Assembly (NCBI GenBank): GCA_043228905.1
Contig: JBHGNT010000287.1
Location: 1-39,267, forward strand
Source of the DNA: Azolla caroliniana
Taxonomy: Eukaryota > Plantae > Polypodiophyta
Reading direction: 5' to 3'
DNA: 39,267 bases
Shown here: positions 35,006-39,267 of the stretch, one piece after another
Layout: each line of letters starts with the position of its first letter
Position numbering within the stretch: the first letter of the stretch is position 1
Translations under genes and position numbers: made by a program
The notes under the pieces: model-generated
What the model saw: only the letters and a program-made list of their open reading frames with translations
What the model was told of the DNA's origin: nothing
Databases searched by the model: none

Positions 35006-38000
35006 ACGGGTTCTGTAGCGACAAGGAAGGTCGAGGTACCCCCACTGGCACAAAGGGAAGAGACCCGAGACTGGCTTGAGACCGGCTCGACTTCGACTAG
35101 CATGGTCAAAGGCTCATCCGGAGGAGCGGCTCTAGAGGAGCTGACTCAGATGGTGAGGGACCTCCAGATTGCACAAGCAAGGAGGGATGACGGCGAACAA
35201 GTCCGTGACCGAAGGCCTCCGGTTGGGAACCGATGCTTGTTGTGTGACGCGGTCGGCCATGCCCGAAAGGATTGTGGGGACTTCACCGAAGTGATAAGAG
35301 CTAACGTGGTGTACCTATGGAACGGTCAGGTGCACGCTAGCGAGACTCGAAGAGCCCTGGATCTGAATGTCGGACGAGGGGGTATGAAACGGCTAATGGA
35401 AGAAGCGGCGGCTCACCACGCGGAGACCGTCCACTACTCGGCGTCGGCTAGAATCCGGGTTAGAAGTGATGAAGTCCGAAAGACGAAGGAAGCCGGATTC
35501 TGGCCGTTGATGCTGGAAGACCTCGCCGGCGTACGACTGAGGAAAGAGGAAGCGGAATACGCGGAAAGACGGGTCCGAGAGGCAACTGGGTGGAGTGATC
35601 CGGTCGAAGAGAAGACGGGCTTTGTTGAAGCCGCTTGCCAAAACTACGAGGTTCTGGTGGAGGACAAGCATGTGGGTAAGTCCGGAGGGGCCGGACCCTC
35701 ACAACGGTATGAGACCCGGTACGGGCAAAAGCAGAATGATGCCAGTGCAACCGGCGCACCGGATAAAGCCAAGAGGGCCGGGTACCGATTGAGCACGAAG
35801 ATCGAGAGAACCACGGACCTGCGAAAGGTCCTCGAGAAACGTATCCTCGAGAGCAAAGTGGAGCTGTCACTGAGGGAAGTGCTCGGAATCGCCAAGAAGG
35901 AGTTCCACGACTCCATCGTGGACTTGGTGAAGAGAAAAAGGCTTTTGACAGAGCCGGAGCCGGAGAAGTCGGTGGAGGTGTGAACGACACACCTAGAAGA
36001 CATGGCTCTAGAAGACGAGTTGGCAGAGAGCCACTATTCAAGGCCACATTGGGCAAGAGCAACCACAGAGACCCCCGTTAAGATCGGGGATGTTCAGGAG
36101 CTGGTGGTGGTGTTGATGGACTACGGTTCAGAAATCAACTTGATGTCCATGGACTTCTACAAGAAGGGGAAGTGGTTGATCAACACCAAGCACGGGTGGA
36201 AAATACGGGCAACAACGCGCGCCACGGAAGAGCTGCATGGAGTCTGCCCGAATGTACGAGTGAAGATCGGCAATGTCGAGATCGATCAACACTTCTTCGT
36301 GCAGGAGATGTCCTCGCACCCGGTTATACTCGAGGAACCGTACATCACGGCGGCACAGATGGAGACAAAGGTGCTGGACAACGGTTCGGCATATGCACGA
36401 GTCAAGAGTCAGGATGGGCGTCACTCGGTCTAGTTCCTGACGGTGTGATCGAACCATGAGCGTAACCGCGATACCCTCGGTGGCGAAAATCGAGAGGATT
36501 TTTAGAGAGGGCTATCAAGGCGTGGGGCCGCGATAGTCCGGAGACCCCGGAAAAACCCCACAGATGTACTATAGGCAAAAAGACCTGTACCATAGGTAGG
36601 AAATTTTGGTTCTCTGATAGCGGAGGTTGTATGATAGCCGACGTAGTTGGCCGGGAAAAGAAGCGGGTAGAGGAGCGACTTCGAGCATGCGGAGTCCTCG
36701 GCCCTGAAGAGGAAATCAACGGAGCCGTGGAGGCGGTCTCTTTCGACGACACCTTGGGGAAGTTACGGGAGGTGTTCAGAGAAGGCCTTAATGAGGACCA
36801 GACGATTCCGGTATGTTTGGAAAAGATGTACGAAGTCATCGCCGACTTCGGTAATGGACTCGAGTCGGATCGGACGGCCCGAGTGGATACGAGGTACAAG
36901 ACTATGGACTGGAAGGTGAGGCCAGTTGCGGCACCCTTGCTGGAGGGCAGCGAGTTGCGGATAAAGGGGGTCGCGTCAGACCCAAGTTTACGAGATCCGG
37001 GCAGCATAGGACACACGTTCACCGACATAACACTATGGGAGCTCAAGATCGGTGGGGGTGGCTTTCTATTGCCGGCGGAAGAGGTCCGGTTTCGGAGAAT
37101 GCTCGGGAGGCACGAGAAGGCTTTCGCATTCTCACCGGAGGAGATCGGGTGCGTAGACCTGACGATTGTGGAACCAATGGTGATCTTCACGGTACCGCAT
37201 GTGCTGTGGAATCTCAAAACGATTCCGGTACCCAGAGCTCACATCCCGAAGCTGATGGAGCTGCTGAAACAGAAGGTGGAGATGGGCATCCTCGAACCAT
37301 CGAGTGCCCCATACTCGAATTGGTGGTTTACCGTGCCAAAGAAGAACGACACATTGCGCTTTATTCAAGGCCTGCAGCCGGTCAACAAGGTGACCATTCA
37401 AAACGCAAGGATCGGACCGACCATAGACAAGTTCGCGGAGGCCTTCGCCGGAAGATCGATTTACTCAGTCGATGATCTGTACTCGGGGTACGATCAGTTC
37501 CAACTAGCCGTGGAGAGCAGGGATATTACAACAATGCGGACTCCTCTTGGCCTAGTTTGGATGTGTACCTTATCGCAAGGGGGAACTAACTCGGTGGCGC
37601 ACATGGTGAATGCGATGAACAAAGTGCTGAGGGATTGTATCCCAAACATCACCATGCCGTTTCTAGATGACATCCCAATCAAAGGGAGTTCGGTGGAGGA
37701 CAAGGATGAGTCGGTCGGGCCCGATGGTTGCCGGAGGTTTGTGATGGAACACATTCGCGACTACGAGAAGGTGCTACATAGACTCGAGAGTGCGCACGAC
37801 TCGAGAAAAATAAGCCTTCGGACAACCAGAGATCCTGGTAGTCGGACACCTGTGCGGGCCTTACGGCTGGAAGCCGTCCCCAGCGAAGGTAGAAGCCATC
37901 TCCGCGATGAAGGATGATTGCGGGTCGGTTACGGAGGTCCGAAGGATCCTGGGGGCATGTGCGTTCTACCATATCTGGATCCCGCATTACGCCCACATCG

Positions 38001-39267
38001 CAGAGCCGCTCTATGGGTTGCTGAAAAAAGGGCGTAAATTCGAGTGGAGAGACGAGCATATGGAGTCGGTCCGGAAGATGAAAGAAGCGCTTGCCGCGGC
38101 ACTGGCACTCCGAAAGGCTGTCTACGGCAAAGACACCCCGATTTACGTGACCGTGGACACGAGTCCGATCGGGATCGGATGGGTGATCAACCAAGAGGAT
38201 GACGATGGCGCGAGGTTCCCCATCCGGTTCGGCGCGAAAGTCCTCAGTGAGTGACAACGAGGATACGCCCAGGTTAAACGCGAACTCTAGGGGTATCGTT
38301 TCGGCGGTCAAGGCCGATAAAGACTACCTGATTGGGACAGAGGTGATAATCGCGATGGACTGCCTACCGATTCTCAGCATGGTTTCCGGATGCGCGACGA
38401 CGGACTTGGCAATGCTCAGGTGGATAGTGTACATCAAGTCCCTGAATCCGGAAATACGACACATTTCCGGAAAAAACAATGCCATGGCCGACATGCTTTT
38501 GAGAGCGAGGTTCGATGACAAGGACGTCATGGTTTTGGAGGACGAGGAAGTCGGCGTGGGCTTCTTTGAGGCGGCTTATGTAACAACAAAGGGGAGCACT
38601 CCGGCGCTTAACGAATTCGACGAGAGCAAGTACGACGGGGAGTGGCTCCAGATCGGTGGGTTCCTGAAGACAATGACACCAGACGCGGCGTGGACGAAGG
38701 AAGAGACCAACCGGATTCGGAAGAAAGCGTACCGATTCTTCCTACGGGACGAGAGCATATGGAAGCACTCAAAGAAGAGAAACGACATCCCGCTCTGACT
38801 GGTGGCGAAGAAAGAGGAACAGGAAGAATTGTTGACGACATACCACGAGAGTCCCTGGGCCGGACACTGCGGGACGTGGGCCACATTCGAGAAGCTAAAG
38901 GGGAAGTACTAGTGGCCGGGACTATATCGGGACGTGCATCGGTTTGTGACGACTTGCGAAAGCTGTTAGGTGCATTCCATAATCTGACATCGAGACGAGC
39001 TTCACCTGACCTACCCTCCGATCGTCCACTTTAAGTGGATGGTGGATCTGGTGACGATGCCGATGGGGGTAGGGCAGATGCGGTATCTGGTGCTGGCTCG
39101 GGAGGACCTGACGAACCAGGTGGAAGGCCGAGCGTTGCAGAACAAAATGACCGCGGCCGTGTGCCGATTTCTGATCGAAGAAGTGGTATGCCGGTACGGG
39201 TGCGTAGGTAAGATCGTGGCCGACCGTGGAGAATTGGACGCGCAAGAGGCGGAAGAGCTGTTTGACT

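Larger units (their letters stand above)
33004..39267 (+). mobile_element. Non-chromovirus Ty3/Gypsy element (possibly Phygy/Selgy-like): 5' LTR (~33004-33686), gag-protease (33731-36505), RT-RNase H-integrase (36496 to window end); decayed
   Basis: Knuckle CLLCDAVGHARKDC; protease VLMDYGSEINLMS; RT DLYSGYDQ...QGGTNSV...PFLDDI; RNase H VTVDTSPIGIGW; integrase region at the window end. Several stops resemble CGA>TGA or CAG>TAG decay. The LTR left edge is uncertain (33004-33082) and the lineage name is unverified. Confidence 0.9.

Overview
Eukaryotic genomic DNA from a land plant, most likely a seed-free lineage (moss, lycophyte or fern). This is inferred from the retrotransposon types and cannot be narrowed further. 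The left end (1-2532, minus strand) carries an uninterrupted ORF of at least 844 aa, missing from the ORF track because it runs off the window, that encodes a Sola1/DUF7869-type DDD transposase. About 0.9 kb upstream is a very regular ~51-bp-period array of doubly palindromic units (3441-4087): 21-bp inverted arms around an asymmetric 8-bp core that occurs in both orientations. The array is cut off abruptly by a 5'-truncated young Copia element. The middle holds retroelement remnants, a DGD1 gene fragment, and one host gene: a six-coding-exon, ~1025-aa 'dentin sialophosphoprotein-like' plant protein (minus strand, 13877-19381), with a decayed LINE in its probable 5' intron. The right ~15 kb is a stack of at least six nested or truncated LTR elements. 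These retain a Tf1-type self-priming site, a tRNA-Trp PBS, a -1 frameshift signal with a predicted pseudoknot, and a solo LTR containing a tRNA-like Pol III segment. All calls were made by reading and translating by eye; no database searches were run.
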